Below, one piece after another: positions 1 through 10,324 of a DNA stretch of 64,000 nt. Origin of the DNA: Oopsacas minuta (lineage: Eukaryota > Animalia > Porifera); contig JAKMXF010000066.1 in the NCBI GenBank assembly GCA_024704765.1, positions 860,050 through 924,049 on the forward strand, given 5' to 3'. Below the pieces are notes generated by a model. It made no database searches and had not been told where the DNA came from. It saw only the letters and a list, made by a program, of their open reading frames with translations. Position 1 is the first letter of the stretch. Every line of letters begins with the position of its first letter. The position numbers and the translations under genes are program-made.

Positions 1-170
1 ATCAGCTGATTAGGTTCATGTATATCTAGACCTTTAGGTGCACGTAGTTCATTATTAGCTCCCCCATTCTTCCCTACAGCTATGACAGGCTGCTTCTTGA
101 GAGAGTAGTCCAGCTCCCATTCTTTCATCCCACCAGACATACGAGCATTCTTTGATTGTTGTTTTCCCAT
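1..170 (-). CDS. NHL-repeat beta-propeller protein, copy A (5' part only; runs off the window edge)
   Basis: Reverse complement of 1-170 translates to [56 protein letters not shown], nearly identical to the N-termini of the NHL ORFs at 15183-16028 and 18270-19121. Not in the ORF track because it is truncated. Confidence 0.9.
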   Translation of the reverse strand, partial: MGKQQSKNARMSGGMKEWELDYSLKKQPVIAVGKNGGANNELRAPKGLDIHEPNQL

Positions 171-277
171 TTGTTTATTGGAGTTTAGTTTGTTAGAAAT
201 AATATTAACTAATACAGATTATATTTATACTTGTGTAACTTGAGAATACCAATTGACGTCAATGGTTGCTATGGTAA
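171..277 (-). promoter_or_regulatory. Conserved upstream module of NHL copy A (CRE TGACGTCA plus RFX X-box-like GTTGCTATGGTAA)
   Basis: About 105 bp homologous to 16029-16140 and to the reverse complement of 18163-18269. TGACGTCA at 254-261. A regulatory role is inferred from position and motifs. Confidence 0.6.
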
Positions 278-737
278 TTAATTGTGTCTGTTACACAATT
301 AGCATATGTAAGCTTACTATCTCAACACCTGAATAAATATGATTAATCACTTGTTTACTACCTTTTTGAGTGAAGTTAATTTCTGTTGAGTATCCTGACT
401 ACTCTGAGCTTGATTTAGTAGAGCAATTACCTAGTGAATAATAATATAAACAACAACAAACACTCAAATTAGAAACAAACCTTGTCAACATCATTAAGTT
501 CAATTTGTTGTTCTGTCATCTCTCAAAATAAACAATACTAACAATAACAATTAGCTTAATATATAAGCATCAATGGTTGCTATAGTCTATCTCATGAAGA
601 TACATAAATATTAATAATATAACACCTTCACTAATTGTATTATAATATCTTAACAGCAAACATGAATAGATAAACACAAACAAGCTATGAATTAAAACAG
701 TCAACATATAGATTCATATCATGAAACTAATTCACAC

Positions 738-3700
738 CTAATCATTCCTCTTCATAAATATCTTACAGAGCGCATCAGCACCAGCTGAAGCAAAATAAGA
801 AAGTGTTGGATGGAATTTGGCGTCGAATATTCCTTGATCGAACTTATTCCAGTGGGTGGAGATCTCTTGTATACAAGATTTGGAGTGATAATCCCATAGA
901 CGGAGCGACCTATCGTGACCTATGATACCAAATAATAATATAAAAGGGTACGAAATTGTCCAATATAGGACTGAATTGGACCAGGAGACAACTATGGGTG
1001 TAATTATAACTATATTACCGCTAGTTAGTACGAATAGTCCTTGAGGATCAATATCCAGACCAGTCACTGCATCTTGATGTGCTATCATTGAATGGATTAC
1101 CTCTCCTAATGATAAACAAATAAACAAACAAACAAACAAACAAACAAACATATATACCCGTTTTGTAATCAAAGAAGTTTATTTGTTTATCTTCGTGTGC
1201 TGTTATGATTACAGGTGAAGTTGGATGGGAGACTACTCTGTTGATTTGAGTACCTTGAGTACCATCTGTATATATATAGAGAGAGGATATATGATTAATC
1301 ATAATTTAACACCTTTTTTGATATCATTAAACAATTAAAATATTTGTAAACTTGAGAATACCAATTGACATCAATGGTTGCTATGGTAATTATCAAGTTA
1401 TGCAATTCGTAATTATATTAATAACACCTTACCGTATGATTCATAGCTCTTAACATCAGTAACAAGCTTCTCAGTATTTATATCAAATACAGCTGTCCTT
1501 GCATTAGCATAGGAAACTGCTAGGAGATTAGTGTCAGTAGAGATTACACAGATTGAAGTGGGTTGGAAGTTTTCTATAAATAGTGAAGGAGATCCCGATT
1601 AATAGAGACACCGGTTGATCGGTCAGTTGTACAGATACAGAACCATACAAAGTGTTAAACTACACCGGTTAATCGGGTCAAATGGCCTCTGGTACAGAGG
1701 TTACTTTCAGTTTTACGAACACCTTAGTCCGGTCCCTGATAGTTTGGATAATCGGGGTTGCAATGTATTGTGTTTATCCTTGTCAGGGTGCCTTAAAAAT
1801 TTTAGACCCGTAAAAAGTGCCACACTAGAAAATGCTAGATGAACCCCTGCTCCCAATGGACCCCTGTCCGGATTATCATACCTCCATTTTCAGCTAGAAC
1901 AAATTCTGCTACATTGAATGGTTTCCATAGCTTGACTACGCCATCAGCTCCCGCAGATATCAAGAGGTCCTGTGTAGGATGTACTACTAGGTCCCATATA
2001 GCATTCTGATGTCCTACTGTTATCTCCTCTAACAGCTGAGGGTCGTATTCATCAAAAGGCGCCAAAGAAGTGTTGAGATTCCATGTACATATATTACCTA
2101 CATATTATATTGGTTACCATGGAGATATTACAAATATGTTACTCTACTAACCGTTAACATCTCCCGTATAGAACTTAGGGGTCAACTTGCTTATAGCTAG
2201 ACTAACTATTGGACATTCATGGGCTCTGAAAGTGTGAACTGGTTCCAGATCTAACACCCCAGGTTTCTTGGAAACATTCAAACCAGTTTTAGTATCAAAA
2301 TTCCATAGTTTCACAGTTGTGTCTTCACTCGCTGTTAAAAGAAAAGATTCTGAAGGATGAAATTCCAAAGTAGTCACAGAATCATAGTGGCTAAAAATAG
2401 AATTAATAAATTACTTAGTTACAAGTTTGGTATTATGGAATTATTCTAAACCTTTGTAAGCTATATCTCTGTTCCCACATCTTACGAGTTACATCTTCAA
2501 ATCCTGCCTATAACAAACAAACACGTGTATAATTATATATCTGTAACATGAATAATTTCTCACCTCCATGTCTAGATCTGCTTTTACTGATATCATTGCT
2601 AGAGGTCCGTATAGATCTTTGTCCTTAGCAGCATCTCCGAGACCTTGGAATGGCTGGAATGCTTCCTGTGAGTCTCTCTCATTACTGGATCCTTTCTCAC
2701 CCTCTGTGATACCAGAGGATATAACTGACTATAATAGTAACAAATTAATTAACAGTGTCAAATAGGTGTCAAGAGATATATATATATATACCCTCCAATC
2801 TGATAGGTTAACACATGTATCACCTTATTAGAGATAATATAATATATTAACACCTGTTGAGTTAATGTATCAGTGTCAAATACTGCTTCATCGTCCTGAA
2901 GCACTGTCTTCATATTATTCATCTCTTCTCTCGATGGTCCTAAAAATAGACCAATATTATAATCCCCTGTCCAATCACAAGGAGGTAGTCCTCCCAAGGT
3001 GTGAGGATAGATTTGACCCCTATACCCTGGGGGTGAGGTACAGGAGATCATTACTAACTATTTTTCTTTTGTTTTCTTGCTTCAGTATTTTTTCTCAGCT
3101 GATCTTTCATAGTTTCAATTTCACCTGGTAGGAGACCTTCACTCCATCTGTTCTCCTACACACACACACACACACATAATCTACTCAGTATACTATCTGT
3201 CCTGTGCTACTAACCTCAGCTGATTTGTCTTTAGTAGTACTCACTAATTAATGTATATTAATTAAGTTAAAAGAGGATAGCAGTCAATTCCTGTTATATC
3301 TAAGCTCAAGGGACTGTGATAATCATCTCGATATAAGCGGGTATTCCGGTATATCCGTGTTAGATATAACAGGAGTTGATTGTATGTAATTAACAGTTCT
3401 TACATTCTGTTTGTTGAGGTTGTGTATCAGGTCCGTAAGTGTTGAGGAAAGATTTCAATTTCTTAGTCTGTTTAGCTCTCTCGAAGGAAGCTTCATCTTC
3501 ATCATCAGCTGAGCTACCGTCATCATCCGAATTGGCGCTTTCCTACACATACCAAACATAAAATCAGGTTACTAGCGGGTGTAGCAAAATACCAACGAGG
3601 TAACCATGGAAACTGGGACATAACACGTCACAGAAGCACGTTAGAGGAGTTCGCGAATATATTCATGCACCATATAAATATATGAATGTATTTCTCACAC

Positions 3701-6454
3701 CTGTGTTGTTAAGAAGCTGAACTCTTCAAATGCTTTTGCTACATCTTGGTCTCCAGCGTGAGGAGGTGCTTCCTTTCCTAACGTATCTTCTGTGTGTCTA
3801 AAAATAGAACAAATATATGTAAATATTATGGTTCAGACACTTCGAATATAAATAATATGATATTTAATACTAAACATATATTGGCTACATACAAATAGAC
3901 TGGATACAGTTATTCATGGTTGTAGTGTGTCTACTACAATTCTCTACCATCTCCGCCACTTTTAACACCTCATAATCCCTTCCCATTCCTCCCACAATCT
4001 GTAATCCTAGAGGCATAGCTCTAGCAGATAGGCCAATTGGTATACTAACAGCTGGGAGTCCTGCTAAGCTGGGCACAACTAGGAACTGATCTAATTGGCT
4101 CGCGGTGACAGGTCCCATTTTATTGATATGGTCCCGTGTTGGTGCCTCTCCTGAAGCAGTGGGTGTGATAATGACATCACAACCTTTAGGATTAGTTTCA
4201 GTTCTGAATAGAGATGATATTTGACGTGACAATAAACCACGCATACGTGTAGCCTGTTCGAATATATGTTTACCTTTTGACGTAGACAAGTGTGTACCAA
4301 GGATTATCCGGTGCTTAACAATAGCCCCCAATGAATAGCTCCGTGTATCGCTTATAAACTCATCAGCTAGGTTATAACTAGAACTATTTACGCTCTTAGT
4401 TCCATAAACAAGTCCATTATATCTTGCCATATTAGATGCTACTTCTACAGCACATAATGTATTGTAGGTTGCTATTGAATATTCTATATGAGGAATCTGT
4501 ATATTATGGTGGATGACGTCATAATTTGATACTAGATCTTCCACCGCTTCCATAAACCGTAATTTCATACATTCTTCTATAGTATCATCGTTGCTAGGGA
4601 GATATATTCCTACACTGAGAGGCGTGTTGCTATGGTTACTCTCAGGAATGTTGATAGAGGTTGGATCGAGAGGATCTATCCCTTTCACAATTCTAAATAC
4701 TTTCGTAATGTCTTGAATATTTCTGGCTAGAATTCCAGGGCAATCCATCGAGCATACCAATGGTACAATTCCGTATCTACTCAGAGCTCCGTAGCTAGGT
4801 TTAAATCCTACTATCCCACAGTAAGCGGCTGGTAATCTCACGGATCCTGATGTGTCAGATCCAAGCGCTGAGTCAGATTGTCCAGTTAGGACTGCTACTG
4901 CTGAACCCCCGGATGACCCCCCTGGTACCCTGGGGTACCTGAGGGGGACATCTGTCTCCCCCTTAACTTCTCCCCAGGGGTTGTAACACGGTCCGAAATG
5001 GGAGTGGATATTAGCAACTCCCATAGCAAACTCATCCATATTACAGTGACCAATCAGATTGCCACCAGCTGCTAGAATACGCGCCACAACTGTAGATGTA
5101 TAAATAGGCTTAAAATCAGAGAGAAAAGCAGACGCGCATGTCATTGGTTGGTTCTTAACAGCGAAATTATCTTTGACTGAGAATACCATATGTTCTAAGG
5201 GTCTATTTATAGATGAGGGGCTGTATTCTGTTATAACGTCACTGGATTTGTATGCCCGTATGAATGCATTGAGATGACGTAATTTGTTTACTTGTAGGAA
5301 ATGTGTCATGTAGCTATTATTAATAAACAACAAATTAAGAGTAAACAACCATAATTATTTATCACCTAGCAACGCAAGGAATGTCATAAATCCATGGTTC
5401 GTATAATTCTACAAATATTTACTCACATAAATTCATTGGAATCATCATCATCTCCATCTAGTCCTGGTCTGCTGGGTCTGGGGGGTATGTCTGACGAATC
5501 ATCGAATGTAGTTACAGGATCCCCCAGGGGTACCTCACTGAGAATCACCTCACTTTCCTGTAAACAACAATAAATACAAAACAAATAAAAATATAAACAA
5601 ATACCTTGAAAGCATCATGTTCATTACTCTGATTTTCTTGAAGGAATACAACTTCTGTCTCCGATAAAGGCTCAGGATAACTTCTCACGTTCTTAACCTT
5701 AGCTCTAGCCTCCAGTACTCCCTCTGTATAACCCAGCTCCCTCAGGTACCTGTTGTGAAATGGAACTATAAGGTGTTTGTATCGATAAGTGTGTCATATA
5801 TAATACACATTCCTATCTCTATTATTGGAACTAACTGTCTAAGTACGTTCCTTCCTTCTGTTAGATTAGTGCTAGATGATATTATATCAGGTTCTAAACG
5901 ATTAAATAAATAGTTAAACGAACATCTAAACTATTAAATTAACAGTAACAACCTGATTCAAACTCTATTTTATTATCTGGGAGAATTAGATCAGTTCCGT
6001 GAACAAGTTTATGATTCTTTGATCTTTAAATATAAACAAAAGGTGTGAAAATATGTAACTTTATAATATGATGACTAACCTTTCTTGTTTCAGTGCAAAC
6101 TCCAGCATTTTAATTCTCCTAATTAGGTCTCTTTTCAAATTTTCATGTCCCTTCCTCTGTCCATTAAGGAATGCAATCTTTGACTAGAATAAACAAACAA
6201 ACAAAAGTAAACAGCCTGGAACTAATTTTTAATTGGAATTAACACTAAATAGTTAATTAGTTCCAATAACATACCTGTAACTCTACTTTCTCTAGCTCCC
6301 AGCTAGATCTCTCCCTCTCGAATCTTACCCATTCAGATTTTAGGAAATGCAGTACTCCAGGAATGTTGTATGAACTCTCTGACCCAGGGGGAGGAGGAGG
6401 AGCCTGTCCATTGAGGGATACCTGTACCCCTGCCATACCAACTGGTATATCCAT
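738..6454 (-). CDS. STRN: Striatin family protein (multi-exon; N-terminal caveolin-binding/coiled-coil region, C-terminal WD40 repeats)
   Basis: Exon 1 YNIPGVLHFLKSEWVRFERERSSWELEKVELQ, exon 2 KIAFLNGQRKGHENLKRDLIRRIKMLEFALKQER, YLRELGYTE, DVAKAFEEFSFL, then WD40 exons (LEFHPSESFLLTASEDTTVKLWN; INRVVSHPTSPVIITAHED; AKFHPTLSYFASAGADALCKIF). GT-AG boundaries checked at 6275/6274 and 6184/6183. Confidence 0.95.
1349..1389. repeat. Solo 41-bp copy of the NHL upstream core inside a striatin intron
   Basis: aacttgagaataccaattgacatcaatggttgctatggtaa matches 237-277 except at the CpG (TGACATCA). A shorter fragment, catcaatggttgctat, lies near 568-583. Confidence 0.85.
3281..3382. mobile_element. MITE-like element, family CAGTCAA(T/C)TCCTGTTA
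   Basis: Terminal inverted repeats cagtcaattcctgttatatctaa ... ttagatataacaggagttgattg, with TA on the right flank. Intronic. Homologous to 16954-17007, 21690-21848 and 27458-27624. Confidence 0.75.
3885..5309 (-). CDS. QRSL1: Glutamyl-tRNA(Gln) amidotransferase subunit A (mitochondrial GatA), single long ORF nested in a striatin intron on the same strand
   Basis: Amidase signature SVKDNF, NMDEFAMG, NPW, GGSSGGSA, LGSDTSGSVRLPAAYCGIVGFKPSYG, SLAGLPAVSIP, PLGLQIVG. First ATG at 5309, preceded by taataatag-ctac. Flanked by striatin exons at about 5430-5559 and 3701-3807. Confidence 0.93.
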   Translation of the reverse strand: MTHFLQVNKLRHLNAFIRAYKSSDVITEYSPSSINRPLEHMVFSVKDNFAVKNQPMTCASAFLSDFKPIYTSTVVARILAAGGNLIGHCNMDEFAMGVANIHSHFGPCYNPWGEVKGETDVPLRYPRVPGGSSGGSAVAVLTGQSDSALGSDTSGSVRLPAAYCGIVGFKPSYGALSRYGIVPLVCSMDCPGILARNIQDITKVFRIVKGIDPLDPTSINIPESNHSNTPLSVGIYLPSNDDTIEECMKLRFMEAVEDLVSNYDVIHHNIQIPHIEYSIATYNTLCAVEVASNMARYNGLVYGTKSVNSSSYNLADEFISDTRSYSLGAIVKHRIILGTHLSTSKGKHIFEQATRMRGLLSRQISSLFRTETNPKGCDVIITPTASGEAPTRDHINKMGPVTASQLDQFLVVPSLAGLPAVSIPIGLSARAMPLGLQIVGGMGRDYEVLKVAEMVENCSRHTTTMNNCIQSICM

Positions 6455-6509
6455 ATAATAGCACTAATTAGTAAATAAATATACAGCTATAGTATACATG
6501 TATAATCCT

Positions 6510-6562
6510 TTACCATGGCAACCATGAAGTATGTTCCTTTGGAATTATGTTACTATGGCAAC
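6510..6562. promoter_or_regulatory. Two RFX X-box-like sites in the divergent striatin / ARM-ATE1 intergenic region
   Basis: ttaccatggcaac at 6510-6522 and gttactatggcaac at 6549-6562 match the GTTnCnATGGnAAC consensus. Confidence 0.55.
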
Positions 6563-6882
6563 GAGTCTCTTTTATAACCAATAGTGTGTGCCTAGTTGAC
6601 TAATTGGTAACTATTCTATACGTAACAACCCTTCTGGACCCTTGGAATGCCCTGGGATTTACTTGATACCTTGGTGGTAATAAATTTATCAACTAAGCTC
6701 ACGGATATGCTCTTACTCAGGACGATTTTTGTATAGAAATTGGGGAAGATAGATATCAAAGAGTAGAACCTACTTGTAATTGGTATTTGTTATCTCTTCT
6801 GGAAGAATTCTTTAATTAAATTAGTTTCTATTATTTATCAAATTTGTTTCTATTCTTTTAATATTTATTATTTGTTATAGCT

Positions 6883-9800
6883 ATGGATGATAGTATAGTT
6901 GATAAGTTGACAATCCTGAACAGGTAATTATTATTTATCTACGAATATAGTACGTGACTAATATCCGGTCGCCTCATTACTTGGAATTTGGTAAATAATG
7001 TCGATTTGTTTATTTTTAGGACTTTGAGTAACTTCGTTATAATTCTATCAAATCAAATTACTGAATATGAAAGATTCTACAAAACTGTTGAATTAATTTT
7101 GAAACAAACTGAATTATTACGTCACGACCCCGCATTCCTCAAGCTAGTATGCGTTACCAAGGAAGAATCTCAGACCCCAGCAACCGAAATCACCCCAAAG
7201 AATTTCATTATTTTTAATTTAGAAATTTTCAAAAAATTACTTGATAATTCCCTTCCTAGCAACGAGGATAATCTCAAGAATGTGGTACATTTGTTGATGT
7301 TTATATTTTCACTTGGTCCACCTCTACCACCAATAGACAGATACTTTGATTCAGGCGCCAAAGCTACCCTCTCTAACTACGATAATCTTATCAAGAATGT
7401 GAATAATCCTGTCCAGCTGTTCCAAACTGATGAATTTCTGAATCAGCTCTGCACTTACGTCACTGTTATTTATGAAAAAGCGGGCAATCCGATTGGAGCA
7501 GATGAATGTATGGATCTGGTTATACAGGTAGTTTAATTATCTCTATATTTTGACACCTAATTATTACTTATACCAGCTGTTCACAACCTTTTTCACCTGT
7601 GGACCCCCTGTTGTCCTCATGCACCCACGAGAGGTCCATATACTCCAGTTTAGAGACCGCTAACTTATACTAACGTCCAATTAATCTCTTTATTATCATC
7701 ATATAGACCTGTAAGCTGTGTAGAGGATATGACCCATTCATGCATAGTTTCGATACTCCTGTTGCTAACCTATTCAAGATACCTATTACATACATATCTA
7801 ACATTCCTATTGACAACTCCAGTAACCTAGAGCTTGTATTAAGACTGATAGCTGCTTGTCCATCCTTGTTTATTGACCTAGATGAAATACCTCAGCCAAA
7901 ACTAACCAAACTAATCAATATACTAAATATATCACATATAAATATACACATATGTTTAGCTGTGATGTCATGTGTTTACAGACTGTTTACTGTATCAGAA
8001 CTGACACTAGATGCTTGTCTGGATGATGACATGATATCTCCGCTAATGATAGAGTTTTCATTCCTGATTAGGCGCCATATTGAGGGCGGGGAAATGGAAG
8101 ATAAATTACTGAGAATGATATTTATGGTTTTAAAGTTAATGACGTCATGTGAAGAGTCTAAGATTATCCTATCCGGACAACAAATTATCGTTTTGGAATG
8201 TGTGAATGTAGTTAAGGAATGCAGAAATCAATCAGTTTTCGCATTAGGAATTCTAAATTCTATCTCGAGATATCTCTCAAGAGAGAATTTAGCATTGATT
8301 CTACGCGCCATCTCAGATTGTTTAAAACATGTTAATATGCAAAATGAATTCAGGAATTATTTCAATTCTGTCATTTTACAGCTGATATTGATACATGGAA
8401 TTTATGAGGATCTTGACAACGGCTTATCCCCAAAGGAATTCGTTGATATTTCATCTTGTGCTATACAGGAGTTGAATGATAAATCTGCTTTGAATCTCGG
8501 TTTGAAGACTTTTGGAATTTTATTTGAATTTCCAAAATTTTGCGAATTAATTTCTGATGATTTTATTGGCGCCTTAATCAAGCTATTTTTAGAATCTGTT
8601 AGACGGGAATCAGAGGATTTGATTGGTCATATTTCTCACTTATTCTGTGATTTAGTTCTTCAGGATTGTAGTAAGGGAGTTGTTCGTATTCTTGAAGTGT
8701 CAAAGTTTGTGCCTCAACTTGTTAAGGTCAGTTGTAACTCATCCATGGTATCTGACATCCTATGGACAGTTTCTGCCCCTTGGTCAGTCAGCTGTTTGTC
8801 CTATACTGTCATGTTTATCAAGTTTATTTATAGCTGATTCTCTCAGAAGAAAGACCAGAGTATTTAATCCATTCTATACGAATATTGAAGTCTGTTAATA
8901 AGAATGCTAGAGGGAGTATGAAATGTGAACAGATACAGTATATTAATCTATTTGATAAGCTATCAAGACTGACATTAACTTTTAAACAGGTACTACTACT
9001 TAACACCTCATAGTTCCAATTCAATTATTGTTACTCACATTCCATTTCACTATTTAGGAGGAGTCAGGGACAGCACACCTATTCGACATCCAATCAAATT
9101 CCATCTATATCCTCTGGTCGTTGAGTTGTGACTCCTCTTACTTTACAGATAAATTCCTACCACCCACTATCATAACTAACGTAATACAGTACTTTCGTAA
9201 TGAGATTAATAACATTGAAAATGCGTTAATGGATTCATATGGTTACAGAGCCTCTGTTCATATTCTCTGTAATATTGCTGTAACAGATAGAGTTAAGATG
9301 GATATTGCAGGTAGGTTAGAATACAGGGGAACTGTTACTTGATCCCCTCCCCATGGAACTGATAATTGTATCCGTTGTGGACACCATTCCTCTTAATATA
9401 CAATAGAACTCGGAGAAGTACGAACTGCCCGCGTTCTACACTCAAAAATTCTAATTATCTTCCATGAATCAGCTGTTATTTATTAACACCTCTCTCCCTA
9501 GCAACGGGTATACACACAGAACTATTAATGGTACTTCTACAGCTGTTAGAGATAGAGGAAGTACCATGGATGTTAATAGATATTACTCTAAGATTAATTG
9601 ATACTATAACAGCTGATGAGGTTTATAAAGCAGAACTAATTGAATTCGGACTTATAGAACCATTAGTTCACATACTTTTATTCCAGCCTAGCAACGAGTT
9701 ATTGTTCAGGGTCTTAGGTATGCTAAACAGCTGTACTGGTATATCAGAAGATTACAGACGTACCATGTGTACAGATCAGTTGCTAGGGATAATTATAGAG

Positions 9801-10271
9801 CTCCTGAAGAGTACCAAGGATGGAGGTGCATTTTGTGTGTGTTGTTGTTTACTAGCGAGTATGGCAGAGTCACAAACAGAAGCCAGGTGACGAATTCTTT
9901 AGAGACATACCCGTTGTTATGTAAATATCCATGATTGAGTTAACTCTCGTTTTATCCAACAAGGACATGTAGAATACCAGCTGATATCGAAGTATTAAAT
10001 TGTACAAATATGCTCTCAAACCTTCAGTACAGGTGTGAATATTTATTTGTTATAGGTTAATATCAAGCTATGACGTAATGACACACTTACTAACAGCTAC
10101 AGAGGATAAGGAACTAGTTAGTTCGTGTAGCCAGGTAGAGAGATGGAGTCTTAATCTTGTTGATAAAGTATTCCTTAATTGTATTAATACTCCTACTGAT
10201 ATGACGTCATTATTCCTTGGACATAGAACAGAGCTTAATCTCCTGAGAGAGGAACACTTCGTAGTTGACAG
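6883..10271 (+). CDS. Uncharacterised alpha-helical (ARM/HEAT-like) protein, about 900-1000 aa; probably the N-terminal part of a fusion with the ATE1-like domain
   Basis: ATG at 6883 with a phase-2 intron 6924-7019 joining ORF 6988-7536. Long Leu/Ile-rich helical ORFs at 7740-8837, 9121-9342, 9528-9890 and 10078-10329 (e.g. ELIEFGLIEPLVHILL, LLFRVLGMLNSC). No family recognised. Confidence 0.7.
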
Positions 10272-10324
10272 GTTGCTATTTATAGCACCAAATATATTTA
10301 ATATTATTGGGATTATTTTCCTAG

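Noticed and set aside
1595-1880. ORF 1615-1842 and nearby short inverted repeats as a gene or intact transposon
   Set aside because: It lies in a striatin intron with no recognisable protein. The ccgattaa/ttaatcgg and gattatcc words look like decayed MITE pieces, but I could not define ends.
3885-5309. GatA as a bacterial horizontal transfer or contaminant because it is intronless
   Set aside because: It is embedded between in-frame striatin exons, shares local composition and motif usage, and has QRSL1-like features (LVCSMDCPGIL). No positive evidence for transfer.
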